Part shown: positions 16,597 to 25,384 of the stretch, piece by piece | How positions within the stretch are numbered: the stretch's first letter is position 1 | Layout: every line of letters begins with the position of its first letter | Source of the DNA: Bacteroidales bacterium | GTDB lineage: Bacteria > Bacteroidota > Bacteroidia > Bacteroidales > UBA932 | Direction of reading: 5' to 3' | NCBI GenBank assembly: GCA_009781275.1 | Contig: WQYK01000001.1 | Location: 1-55,981, forward strand | DNA length: 55,981 bases | Translations under genes and position numbers: made by a program | The notes under the pieces: generated by a model | What the model was told of the DNA's origin: nothing | The model's input: the letters and a program-made list of their open reading frames with translations, nothing else | The model's database searches: none

Positions 16597-17931
16597 ATGG
16601 ATAAAATCGTTATACTTGGAGGCGGAGAGAGCGGCATAGGAGCTGCTGTTCTGGCAAAGAAAAAGGGCTTTGAAGTCTTTCTCTCCGATATGGGGATGCT
16701 TCAGGAGTATGCCAAAGGGGTTCTGGCAGAGCACGCCATTGCCTTTGAAGAGGGGCGCCACACTCCGGAGCATATCCTGGATGCCGTAGAGGTGATCAAA
16801 AGCCCGGGAATTCCCGACACGGCGCCCATGGTAGAGAAGATTATCCACAGGGGGATCCCTGTTATCTCAGAAATCGAGTTTGCGGGCCGTTTTGACAATG
16901 CCAAAAAAATCTGTGTAACAGGGAGCAATGGCAAAACCACCACCACATCGCTCATCTACTTTTTGCTCAAAAATGCAGGGTTGAATGTGGGTTTGGCCGG
17001 AAATATTGGTCAAAGTTACGCCTATCAGGTTGCAACCTGTCAACACGATATATACGTTTTGGAACTCAGTAGTTTTCAGTTGGACAACATGTACGACTTC
17101 AAAGCCGACTTGGCCATCTTACTCAACATCACTCCCGATCATTTAGACCGATATGACCACGACATGCAAAAGTATGTCAACGCTAAATTCAGGATTACCC
17201 AAAACATGAGTCCCGACGACTATTTCATCTTTTGTTCCGATGACGAAGTAACCGTTGAACAACTCAAAAAGATTGTCATCCAAGCACAAAAATTACCCTT
17301 TAGCCAAACGCACCCGATAGAGCAGGGCGCTTGTATTGAGGATGGAGAGATCTCCTCAAGGTATGGCCCCGATGAGTTCAGAATCTTTATCAACGAATTG
17401 GCATTACAAGGCAAGCACAATATATACAACTCCATGGCAGCAGCCAATACAGGGCAGGTGATGAATATACGGCACGAGCTGATACGCCAGTGCCTGATGA
17501 CCTTTAAAGGAGTCGAACACAGATTAGAGCAAGTGGGAACGATTCGGGGTGTGCTCTACATTAACGACTCAAAAGCCACCAACGTAAACTCTGCATGGTA
17601 TGCGCTCGAAAGCATGAAGACGCCCGTAGTATGGATTGCAGGGGGAACCGATAAAGGAAACGATTACAGCATCCTCCATGCATTGGTCAAAGAAAAGGTC
17701 AAAGCGCTGATCTGCTTAGGCGCCGATAATATCAAGCTCTACCAAAACTTTGCAGACAAAGTTCCTGTAATCACAGAAGTACGCTCCGCTGAACAAGCAG
17801 TACAAACGGCGTATCAATGGGCCCAGCCGGGAGATACAGTGTTGCTCTCGCCTGCCTGCGCCAGTTTTGACCTCTTTAAGAATTATGAAGACAGGGGGAT
17901 GCAATTTAAAGAAGCCTTTAGAAAACTGTAA
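16597..17931 (+). CDS. murD: UDP-N-acetylmuramoylalanine--D-glutamate ligase
   Basis: ATG 16597 gives MDKIVILGGGESGIGAA. VTGSNGKTTT P-loop. The ORF-track start at 16537 lies inside mraY. Confidence 0.95.
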   Translation: MDKIVILGGGESGIGAAVLAKKKGFEVFLSDMGMLQEYAKGVLAEHAIAFEEGRHTPEHILDAVEVIKSPGIPDTAPMVEKIIHRGIPVISEIEFAGRFDNAKKICVTGSNGKTTTTSLIYFLLKNAGLNVGLAGNIGQSYAYQVATCQHDIYVLELSSFQLDNMYDFKADLAILLNITPDHLDRYDHDMQKYVNAKFRITQNMSPDDYFIFCSDDEVTVEQLKKIVIQAQKLPFSQTHPIEQGACIEDGEISSRYGPDEFRIFINELALQGKHNIYNSMAAANTGQVMNIRHELIRQCLMTFKGVEHRLEQVGTIRGVLYINDSKATNVNSAWYALESMKTPVVWIAGGTDKGNDYSILHALVKEKVKALICLGADNIKLYQNFADKVPVITEVRSAEQAVQTAYQWAQPGDTVLLSPACASFDLFKNYEDRGMQFKEAFRKL

Positions 17932-17955
17932 TAAAACTATAGAAATACCCTTCCC

Positions 17956-19158
17956 ATGACGCAACCTTTAAGCAATGCCATCGAACTAAATCCGCCGCAA
18001 CAGAGCTACAAGCGCTCTTTTTGGGACTCGCTCCGCGGCGACAGAGGCATCTGGACCATCATTCTGCTGCTCTCTCTCATCTCTTTGGCCGCCGTCTACT
18101 CCTCCAGCAGCTCGCTCGCTTTTAGAGAAGGAAAAACAGCCCTCTTCTTTTTATTAAAGCAGTCCGGATTTGTTGTGATCGGGCTTGCCATCTTATATGT
18201 TTGCCACCGCATCCCCTTGGGATGGTACCGGAAATTAGCTTACGTTGGATTGTTTGTCAGCATTGGCTTGCTTGTGCTTGTTTTTACCCCGCTTGGCAAA
18301 ACCCTCAATGACGGAACCCGGTGGTTGAGCATTTTAGGGTTCTCGTTTCATCCCGCTGAGATTGCCAAAATCGCTTTGATACTATACGTTGCAAAAGTTA
18401 TTGAAGACCGTGCTTTTGACACGTTCGAAGAGTTTGTTGTCTATCTGCTGTTGCCTGTTTCTGTGGTCTGCCTGCTCATTCTATGGGGGAGTATCTCTGC
18501 CGGTATCATGCTTGCAGGCACTGTCTTTATTATTTTGGTTGTGGCCGGTATCTCATCAAAACACCTGATGAAGGCCATTGGAATCTTTATTGTGGGATTG
18601 ACGATCGTTGTTACCTTATCCCAGACCACAAAACTATTTCCACGTGTAGATACTGCGATGAAAAGGATCTTTACCTACGCAAACGTGGAGGAGAAAAAGG
18701 GAGATAGTTTTCAGGCGGATCAGGCTAAAATTGCCATCGCTTCGGCCGGTATCGTGGGAAAAGGCCCTGGAAACAGCACCCAGCGTTACATCCTGCCCCA
18801 CCCCTACTCCGACTTTATCTATGCAACCATTGTAGAGGAGTACGGTTTTTTGGGCGGAGTCGCCGTGTTGTTGCTCTTTTTATGGCTCTTTTACCGAACC
18901 TACCGAATTGCCAAACAATGTACCCGCACTTTTTCGTCGCTGCTCGCTATTGGCCTCGGAATGTTGATTATCTTTCAGGCGATGCTGCATATATGTGTAA
19001 ACGTGGGACTTTTGCCTGTAACAGGCCAAACCCTCCCCATGATCAGTCTGGGCGGGACGTCGTTTGTGATCATGAGCACAGCTTTTGGAATGATTTTGGC
19101 CGTTAGCCGTACCGTTGACAAAAAACAGGCCCAGGAAACCATGGAGGCGACGTCATGA
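17956..19158 (+). CDS. ftsW: FtsW/RodA/SpoVE (SEDS) family peptidoglycan glycosyltransferase
   Basis: About 10 TM spans. SEDS-typical segments (FHPAEIAKIALILY, PHPYSDFIYATIVEEYGFLGG, GLLPVTGQTLPMISLGGTS). Position between murD and murG. Confidence 0.9.
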   Translation: MTQPLSNAIELNPPQQSYKRSFWDSLRGDRGIWTIILLLSLISLAAVYSSSSSLAFREGKTALFFLLKQSGFVVIGLAILYVCHRIPLGWYRKLAYVGLFVSIGLLVLVFTPLGKTLNDGTRWLSILGFSFHPAEIAKIALILYVAKVIEDRAFDTFEEFVVYLLLPVSVVCLLILWGSISAGIMLAGTVFIILVVAGISSKHLMKAIGIFIVGLTIVVTLSQTTKLFPRVDTAMKRIFTYANVEEKKGDSFQADQAKIAIASAGIVGKGPGNSTQRYILPHPYSDFIYATIVEEYGFLGGVAVLLLFLWLFYRTYRIAKQCTRTFSSLLAIGLGMLIIFQAMLHICVNVGLLPVTGQTLPMISLGGTSFVIMSTAFGMILAVSRTVDKKQAQETMEATS

Positions 19159-20267
19159 GTAAAGCGTTTAAAATCATTATCAGCGGAGGCGGTACGGGAG
19201 GACACATCTTTCCGGCCATTGCCATTGCCAATCAAATCAAAGAGCAGTACGCCCAGGCAGAAATCCTCTTTGTGGGCGCGCTCGGAAGGATGGAGATGGA
19301 AAAAGTTCCGGCGGCCGGTTATCCCATTATTGGTTTGCCTGTAGCCGGACTGCAACGTAGGGCTTTTTTCAAAAACCTTACCCTCCCGGGCAAAGTATGG
19401 AAAAGTTTGGGCCATGCCAAAAAAATCATTAAAGATTTTCAACCCCATGTAGTCGTGGGCGTAGGCGGATATGCCAGCGGCCCCATCCTTTGGGTGGCAA
19501 CGCGGAATAAGATTCCCTGTCTGATTCAGGAGCAAAACTCGTACGCAGGCGTAACCAACAAATTGTTGGCAAAGAAAGTCCAAACGGTGTGCGCGGCCTA
19601 TCAGGGCATGGAGCGTTTCTTTCCCAAAGAGAAGATTCGGCTGACGGGGAATCCTGTTCGCAGCTCCATCGTACCTGTTACCGGATCGCTTAAAAATCAA
19701 GGCCGGACTTTCTTTGGCATCGAACCGGAACGTGCAACCATCCTGATCGTTGGCGGCAGCTTGGGGGCGCGTGCACTTAACGATTGCGTTCAAGCGTTTG
19801 TCAAAGAGAATCCGGTCGAAAGTCCCGTGGACATTATATGGCAATGCGGTGGCTATTACAGTGCGCAGAATGAGGCATTCATGGCTGCTCATCCTCGTCC
19901 ATGGATACACCTCCACCCCTTTATTCACCAAATGGAGCTTGCCTTTGCAGCCGCAGATCTGGTCATCTCCCGTGCCGGGGCAGGAACCATTTCTGAGCTG
20001 TGTGTGGCCGGGAAAGCTGTCATTTTTGTCCCATCACCCAACGTTAGCGAAGACCATCAGATGCATAACGCCATGGCGCTGGTTCGTCAAAATGCGGCCC
20101 TGGTTGTTCCCGAAAATCAAGTAAGCGTTTTTCTGATGAACAGGGCCCTCGATTTGATCAACAATAGGGAGCAAAGAGCGTTACTGGAAGCCAACATGTC
20201 CAAATTGGCCCGTCCTCAGGCGACAAAAGATATTGTCTCTGAAATTGTCAAACTTATAGAGAATTAA
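19155..20267 (+). CDS. murG: Undecaprenyldiphospho-muramoylpentapeptide beta-N-acetylglucosaminyltransferase
   Basis: GGGTGGHIFPAIAIA N-terminal motif. 370 aa. ATGA overlap with ftsW. Confidence 0.95.
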   Translation: MSKAFKIIISGGGTGGHIFPAIAIANQIKEQYAQAEILFVGALGRMEMEKVPAAGYPIIGLPVAGLQRRAFFKNLTLPGKVWKSLGHAKKIIKDFQPHVVVGVGGYASGPILWVATRNKIPCLIQEQNSYAGVTNKLLAKKVQTVCAAYQGMERFFPKEKIRLTGNPVRSSIVPVTGSLKNQGRTFFGIEPERATILIVGGSLGARALNDCVQAFVKENPVESPVDIIWQCGGYYSAQNEAFMAAHPRPWIHLHPFIHQMELAFAAADLVISRAGAGTISELCVAGKAVIFVPSPNVSEDHQMHNAMALVRQNAALVVPENQVSVFLMNRALDLINNREQRALLEANMSKLARPQATKDIVSEIVKLIEN

Positions 20268-20270
20268 ACA

Positions 20271-21647
20271 TTGAATCATCCCACTCATATCTACTTTATT
20301 GGCATCGGAGGTATTGGCATGAGCGCATTGGCCCGCTACTATCAATACTCTGGTATGTTTGTGGCAGGTTATGACCGCACCCCCTCTGCCCTGACCGCTG
20401 AATTAGAGCAGGAGGGGATACCGATTCATTATGAGGATGACCCATCAAACATTCCTCTCTCTATTTTGGAGCGCCCGGATCAGACATTGGTCATCTACAC
20501 TCCTGCCATTCCGCAAGATCATAAGGAGTTGAACTATCTAAAAATAAGCGGATTCCAACTCATCAAACGTTCACGCGCCCTGGGGGCCATAGCTGATACC
20601 AAGAGATGCCTTGCCGTTGCCGGTACCCACGGAAAGACCACCACCTCTACCCTTTTGGCCCATATCTTTGCCCACTCCGGAGCGGGGTGTACGGCTTTTC
20701 TGGGGGGAATTTCTAAAAACTACCACACCAACCTCCTTTTAAGCCATGCGCCCTATTTAGTGGCAGAAGCAGATGAGTTTGATCGCTCTTTTTTGCAGCT
20801 GCATCCCGATATGGCCATAGTCACCTCTATAGACGCAGACCATCTCGATATATTTGGAGACTACCCAACGCTGCAAAAGGCATTCACGGACTTTATCTCT
20901 CAAATCAAACCTCATGGAGCGTTGGTGATCAAAGAGGGTGTAAATCCCCCCATCTCCTCTGCAACACCCCATCAATACTATCGCTACGCTTTAGACCAAA
21001 AGACCAATTTTTGGGCCTCCAACCTCGTCATGGAGGGAGATGGCACTTATCGCTTTTCGCTGCACCTTTTGGGGGAGGTCATTCACGATTGCAGGTTGGG
21101 CATTCCCGGTCGCATCAATGTCGAAAATGGCGTGGCTGCCTCTGCGTTGGCCTTTTTGAACGGCATTGAACCTGCCCAAATCAAAGCAGCGCTCGCCTCG
21201 TTTTTAGGGGTCGCCCGCAGGTTTGACATTCAGGTAAATAAACCAAACGCTGTCTATATTGACGACTACGCGCACCACCCTGCAGAGATCTCCGCTGCGT
21301 TAAATTCTATACGCAACATCTATCCGGACAGGAAAATTACCGCCATCTTTCAACCCCACCTCTACACCCGGACCCGCGATTTTGTCGACGACTTTGCAGA
21401 GAGCCTGAGTCTGCCCGACGAATTGATTCTGCTCCCCATCTACCCCGCAAGGGAGGCTCCGATTGAGGGGGTATCGTCAGAGATGTTGTTGCAAAAAGTG
21501 AAGCTCAACAATAAATATCTTGTTGAAAAAGACTCTCTTATTGATTTTTTACACACACATCCCACCGATGTATTGGTCACTTTGGGTGCGGGTGATATTG
21601 ATCGATGGGTACTTCAAATCAAATCTTTTTTGGAGGGAAACAGATGA
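20271..21647 (+). CDS. murC: UDP-N-acetylmuramate--L-alanine ligase
   Basis: IYFIGIGGIGMSALA and VAGTHGKTTT motifs. The only start-like codon between the in-frame murG stop (TAA 20265-20267) and the conserved N-terminus is TTG at 20271. Confidence 0.93.
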   Translation: MNHPTHIYFIGIGGIGMSALARYYQYSGMFVAGYDRTPSALTAELEQEGIPIHYEDDPSNIPLSILERPDQTLVIYTPAIPQDHKELNYLKISGFQLIKRSRALGAIADTKRCLAVAGTHGKTTTSTLLAHIFAHSGAGCTAFLGGISKNYHTNLLLSHAPYLVAEADEFDRSFLQLHPDMAIVTSIDADHLDIFGDYPTLQKAFTDFISQIKPHGALVIKEGVNPPISSATPHQYYRYALDQKTNFWASNLVMEGDGTYRFSLHLLGEVIHDCRLGIPGRINVENGVAASALAFLNGIEPAQIKAALASFLGVARRFDIQVNKPNAVYIDDYAHHPAEISAALNSIRNIYPDRKITAIFQPHLYTRTRDFVDDFAESLSLPDELILLPIYPAREAPIEGVSSEMLLQKVKLNNKYLVEKDSLIDFLHTHPTDVLVTLGAGDIDRWVLQIKSFLEGNR

Positions 21648-22405
21648 AGATCATGATTCATAAGGTTTTTAAATGGGTAGCCGTTCTCTGCCTCTTCTCA
21701 ACGGCCATCGCTTATTTTGCTTTTGGCAATCAACTTGTTCAGCAGCAGGAGCGTCAGGTCATTTGCAAAGAGGTCAAAATAGAGATCGCCGATAGCGCAC
21801 TTACGCGTCTGGTATTGCCTGACGACTTGTTTCTCTTTTTTAATCAAAAGAATATCTTGCTCGCCGGAAACATGATGCATGAGATAGACCTCCATGATTT
21901 AGAACAATTGGTTGCCAACGAGAGTGGCATTAAGCTATGTCAAGTCTATACACGTATTAACGGCGTTGTTACATTTAGTCTTTCTCAGCGTGTTCCCCTC
22001 CTACGATTGGAGACTTCCCGTGGAGCTTTTTATTTAGACGATTCGGGCGTATTGTTCCCTGCCGTCCCCCGCCGCACTGCATACGTGCCCATCGTATCCG
22101 GAAACATTCCCCTTAACGATGAAGAATGGATGGAGAGGCTCTTTCACCTTGGAACCTACGTTCGCAACCATCGCTTTTGGAACGCCCAAATCGAACAACT
22201 TCATGTTCATCAGCCGCATAACATTGAAATCATCCAACGGGCGGGGACACAAACAACTGTGATGATGGGAGACCTCTCCCGATTTGAATATAAACTTCAA
22301 AAACTCTACACATTTTACCGCACTGTCGCAGCCACTCAAGGATGGGACAAGTACAACTATATCGATATTCGTTACGGCAACCAAATAGTGTGTCGCCAAA
22401 CTTAA
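21644..22405 (+). CDS. ftsQ: Cell division protein FtsQ-like (POTRA-containing)
   Basis: ATG 21644 overlaps the murC stop (ATGA). N-terminal TM span (VFKWVAVLCLFSTAIAYFAF). Size and position between murC and ftsA fit FtsQ. Confidence 0.8.
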   Translation: MKIMIHKVFKWVAVLCLFSTAIAYFAFGNQLVQQQERQVICKEVKIEIADSALTRLVLPDDLFLFFNQKNILLAGNMMHEIDLHDLEQLVANESGIKLCQVYTRINGVVTFSLSQRVPLLRLETSRGAFYLDDSGVLFPAVPRRTAYVPIVSGNIPLNDEEWMERLFHLGTYVRNHRFWNAQIEQLHVHQPHNIEIIQRAGTQTTVMMGDLSRFEYKLQKLYTFYRTVAATQGWDKYNYIDIRYGNQIVCRQT

Positions 22406-22437
22406 CCCAAACCTATATGAACAATTGTAAACCCAAT

Positions 22438-23787
22438 ATGAACAGAATTGCCGCTATTGACCTCGGAACCACCAAAGTGGTGGCCATTGTCGGAGAAAAA
22501 ACCCCTCACGGATGTAAAGTCATTGCTTACAGTGAGAGCCCTTCCCAAGGCGTGATGCGCGGGGAAGTGGTCAATATTCAAAACGTACTCGACTCGATGA
22601 TGCCCTGTATTGAAGACATTCAGGAAAAGATCGGAGAGAAAATTTCCAGCGTCTATGTGGGCATTGCCGGACAGCACATTAGGAGCTTAGCTGAATGTAA
22701 TATGGTGAATCGGGAAAACCACAATGTAGAAATTACCCGCGAGGAGATCCAACGGCTGGAACAAAACATGTATTCGTCCCTCGTGGAGCCGGGAGAGGAG
22801 ATTTTGCATGTGATCCCACAATGTTACCACATTGACGACATTTTAGGTCAGCGAGATCCTGTGGGCATGATGGGCAAGCGAATTGAGGCCAATTACCGCC
22901 TCTTTATCGGCCGTACCACGTCGGCAGTGCACACAAAGCGCTGTGTGGAACGAGCTGGGTTAAAGATGGAAAAACTAATATTAGAGCCATTGGCATCGGC
23001 AAAGGCGGTGCTCAAAGAGGACGAAATGGAGCTGGGAGTGGCCATGATCGACATTGGGGGCGGAACCACCGATTTGTTGGTTTATCATGACAACGTGATT
23101 CGTCACACTGCTGTTATTCCATTTGGAGGAAATAGTATTACTGACGACATCATTCACGGGTGCGGCATATCAAAGCGCTATGCAGAGCAGATGAAGATCC
23201 AGTACGGCTCCTGCTACAGCGACTTGGCTCCTGCCAATAAAACGGTCATTGTTCCCGGCATTGGAGGACGCGAGCCGCGGGAGGTCTCTTTTAAGACGCT
23301 GTCAAACATTATTGAAGCGCGAATATCTGAGATCATGGATGCCGTACTCTACAGGATTCAGGACTCCGGCTACGCCGACAAACTACAGGCAGGCATTGTG
23401 CTCACCGGAGGAGGTGCGCTGATGTCTCATCTTGTGCAATATGTGAAATTTAAAACGGGTTATGAAGCCCGCATTGCCAAGCCATCTTCATTGGTAGATG
23501 GTTCTTGTCCGGAAGTATACCGCCCCGCATATTCCTGCGCAGTGGGTTTGTTGCTTAAAGGAATCGAATACCAGAAAGCGATAAAAGAGTCGCCGTCTGT
23601 GGAGGGAGCAAGCATACTTGATTGGCTGCATATCTTTAAACGGGAAACGGTTAAGTCGGATGCCCCGCCAAAAGTACCCAAAAAGCAGGTACCCAAAGTC
23701 AAAGCTCCTCCTGTACCCAAAGAGCCGTCCGAAACCCTGTTTGGTAGAATTGATAAATTTTTAACCAACCTTGATAATGACGTATAA
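22438..23787 (+). CDS. ftsA: Cell division protein FtsA
   Basis: Actin-fold motifs IAAIDLGTTKVVAIVGE and DIGGGTTD. C-terminal amphipathic helix LFGRIDKFLTNL after a Pro/Lys-rich linker. An alternative start is ATG 22417. Confidence 0.9.
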   Translation: MNRIAAIDLGTTKVVAIVGEKTPHGCKVIAYSESPSQGVMRGEVVNIQNVLDSMMPCIEDIQEKIGEKISSVYVGIAGQHIRSLAECNMVNRENHNVEITREEIQRLEQNMYSSLVEPGEEILHVIPQCYHIDDILGQRDPVGMMGKRIEANYRLFIGRTTSAVHTKRCVERAGLKMEKLILEPLASAKAVLKEDEMELGVAMIDIGGGTTDLLVYHDNVIRHTAVIPFGGNSITDDIIHGCGISKRYAEQMKIQYGSCYSDLAPANKTVIVPGIGGREPREVSFKTLSNIIEARISEIMDAVLYRIQDSGYADKLQAGIVLTGGGALMSHLVQYVKFKTGYEARIAKPSSLVDGSCPEVYRPAYSCAVGLLLKGIEYQKAIKESPSVEGASILDWLHIFKRETVKSDAPPKVPKKQVPKVKAPPVPKEPSETLFGRIDKFLTNLDNDV

Positions 23788-25166
23788 TGGAAGACATCAT
23801 ACCTATAACATGGGAAGAAAACCGTTCGATTATTAAGGTAATCGGCGTGGGCGGTGGTGGAAGCAATGCTGTGAACCACATGTTTAGGACTGAGATTAAG
23901 GATGTTTGCTTTATGGTATGCAACACCGATGCTCAGTCGCTTGCACACAGCCCGGTTTCCGAAAAGTTACAACTTGGCGAAATGCTCACCAGGGGACGTG
24001 GCGCCGGTTGCGACCCCGAATTGGCACGTAAAGCCGCCGTTGAATCGAAAGAAAAGATCGCTCAACTTTTGAGCGGTACCACAGAGATGGTCTTTATAAT
24101 TGCCGGAATGGGCGGAGGCACCGGAACCGGGGCCGCGCCCGTCATTGCAGAAGTGGCCAGAAAGATGGGGATGCTCACAGTAGGCGTTGTCACCCTCCCG
24201 TTTAGAGACGAAGGGATCGACTTTTTAAAGCGCGCTATTGATGGCATCCACGAAATGCAGAAACATGCAGATTCTCTACTGATTATCGACAACGAAAAAC
24301 TCTACAAAGTCTTTGGGGACCTCTCCATTTTTGACGCTTTTCCCAAGGCTGACGACGTGTTGGGCACCGCCGTAAAGGGGATTGCAGAGATCATTACCCG
24401 TCACGGTTTTATAAACGTAGACTTTGCCGATGTAAAAAAGGTAATGAAGGACAGTGGCATGGCCCTCATGGGATCGGGCAGCGCCTCCGGAGAAGGACGC
24501 GCCATTAGGGCGGTAGAGGAGGCCTTCTCATCGCCGTTGTTGAACGACGTGGACCTTGGATCTGCAAGCAGTGTACTGGTCAACATCACATCCGGAAAAG
24601 AGAAAGGGCTCTCCATGGCAGAGCTTGCCCAAATCATGGATTGCATCAAGGAGTACACAGGAGGCGTATCGAGCTTTAAACGCGGCGTTGTGTGCGATCC
24701 CGCTATGGGAGACGCCATTAGCGTGACCATTGTGGCGACCGGGCTAAATATGTCAAGTCTACCGCACATCTACACGCTTTCTAAGGAGGAGCCTATGGAG
24801 TTTGTTGAGTTGAGAGAGACGCCTTTTCCCACTTTGGATACAGATGAGACGCCGGGTTTACAAGTGTCGTCCGGACCCTTTCAGACAGGGAATGGCGACT
24901 GTCTCTTTCGTGTACAAAGCCCCGTTCAACCTTCAGTTGGCGTTTTAAAACCAATCACCGTAAAAAAGGGCAAGCCCTCGCTCATCCTGGAGCCGGGAGA
25001 GAAGATTGCTGATTTTGAAAATGTCCCTGCTTATATCCGGCAACGTATCAAAATACAAGATGATAGTGTTTCTGAGGTCAAAGTCAGTTCCATAAAGATG
25101 GAGGAGCGGGACGGGAGGCAACATTTGAGTTCGAACAACTCTTACATTCACCAAACGCAAGATTAG
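23787..25166 (+). CDS. ftsZ: Cell division GTPase FtsZ
   Basis: IKVIGVGGGGSNAVN and the tubulin signature GGGTGTGAAP. A conserved C-terminal peptide-like DFENVPAYIRQR is followed by about 40 extra residues. The start overlaps the ftsA stop (TAATG). Confidence 0.97.
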   Translation: MEDIIPITWEENRSIIKVIGVGGGGSNAVNHMFRTEIKDVCFMVCNTDAQSLAHSPVSEKLQLGEMLTRGRGAGCDPELARKAAVESKEKIAQLLSGTTEMVFIIAGMGGGTGTGAAPVIAEVARKMGMLTVGVVTLPFRDEGIDFLKRAIDGIHEMQKHADSLLIIDNEKLYKVFGDLSIFDAFPKADDVLGTAVKGIAEIITRHGFINVDFADVKKVMKDSGMALMGSGSASGEGRAIRAVEEAFSSPLLNDVDLGSASSVLVNITSGKEKGLSMAELAQIMDCIKEYTGGVSSFKRGVVCDPAMGDAISVTIVATGLNMSSLPHIYTLSKEEPMEFVELRETPFPTLDTDETPGLQVSSGPFQTGNGDCLFRVQSPVQPSVGVLKPITVKKGKPSLILEPGEKIADFENVPAYIRQRIKIQDDSVSEVKVSSIKMEERDGRQHLSSNNSYIHQTQD

Positions 25167-25176
25167 GAGGATTTGT

Positions 25177-25206
25177 GTCCTGAGGGGAAACCACACCCCC
25201 CAGGAC
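25177..25206 (+). terminator. Candidate terminator hairpin after ftsZ
   Basis: GTCCTGAGGGG-AAACCACA-CCCCCCAGGAC, a GC-rich stem with one bulge, 11 nt after the ftsZ stop. The downstream T tract is weak and interrupted (TTCTTAACTAAAATTTTTT). Confidence 0.45.
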
Positions 25207-25357
25207 TTCTTAACTAAAATTTTTTGCAAAGCAACAGTCACCCGTCTGTTATTCCAAAGGAAATCCATAATGTTTTTTTATAGTGCCATCACTATTATTT
25301 ATAGCTATTTATATCCAGCTAATTGGCATACTTTACATGATAAAAAAAAAATCGTGC

Positions 25358-25365
25358 TACCTTTG
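25358..25365 (+). promoter_or_regulatory. Candidate -7 box (TACCTTTG) for gltX
   Basis: Exact TAnnTTTG match, with 19 nt between the box and ATG 25385. Confidence 0.5.
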
Positions 25366-25384
25366 CCCCAAAGATAAAAACATC

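Noticed and set aside
18975-19931. 318-aa minus-strand ORF antisense to ftsW and murG, the longest unexplained ORF in the track
   Set aside because: It lies entirely inside two strongly supported, motif-bearing genes on the other strand. Its translation has no recognisable motif, signal peptide or start context. Long antisense ORFs are expected by chance in stop-poor frames opposite real genes.
23640-23725. Three copies of GTACCCAAA(G/A) in ftsA, considered as a regulatory repeat
   Set aside because: They simply encode the Pro/Lys-rich linker (PPKVPKKQVPKVKAPPVPKEP) that precedes the FtsA membrane-targeting helix.
25270-25377. 35-codon upstream ORF (MFFYSAITIIYSYLYPANWHTLHDKKKIVLPLPQR) in the ftsZ-gltX gap, considered as a leader peptide
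   Set aside because: It has no enrichment for Glu or any regulatory codon run and no downstream terminator. The gltX -7 box lies inside it, so it is probably not on the gltX mRNA.
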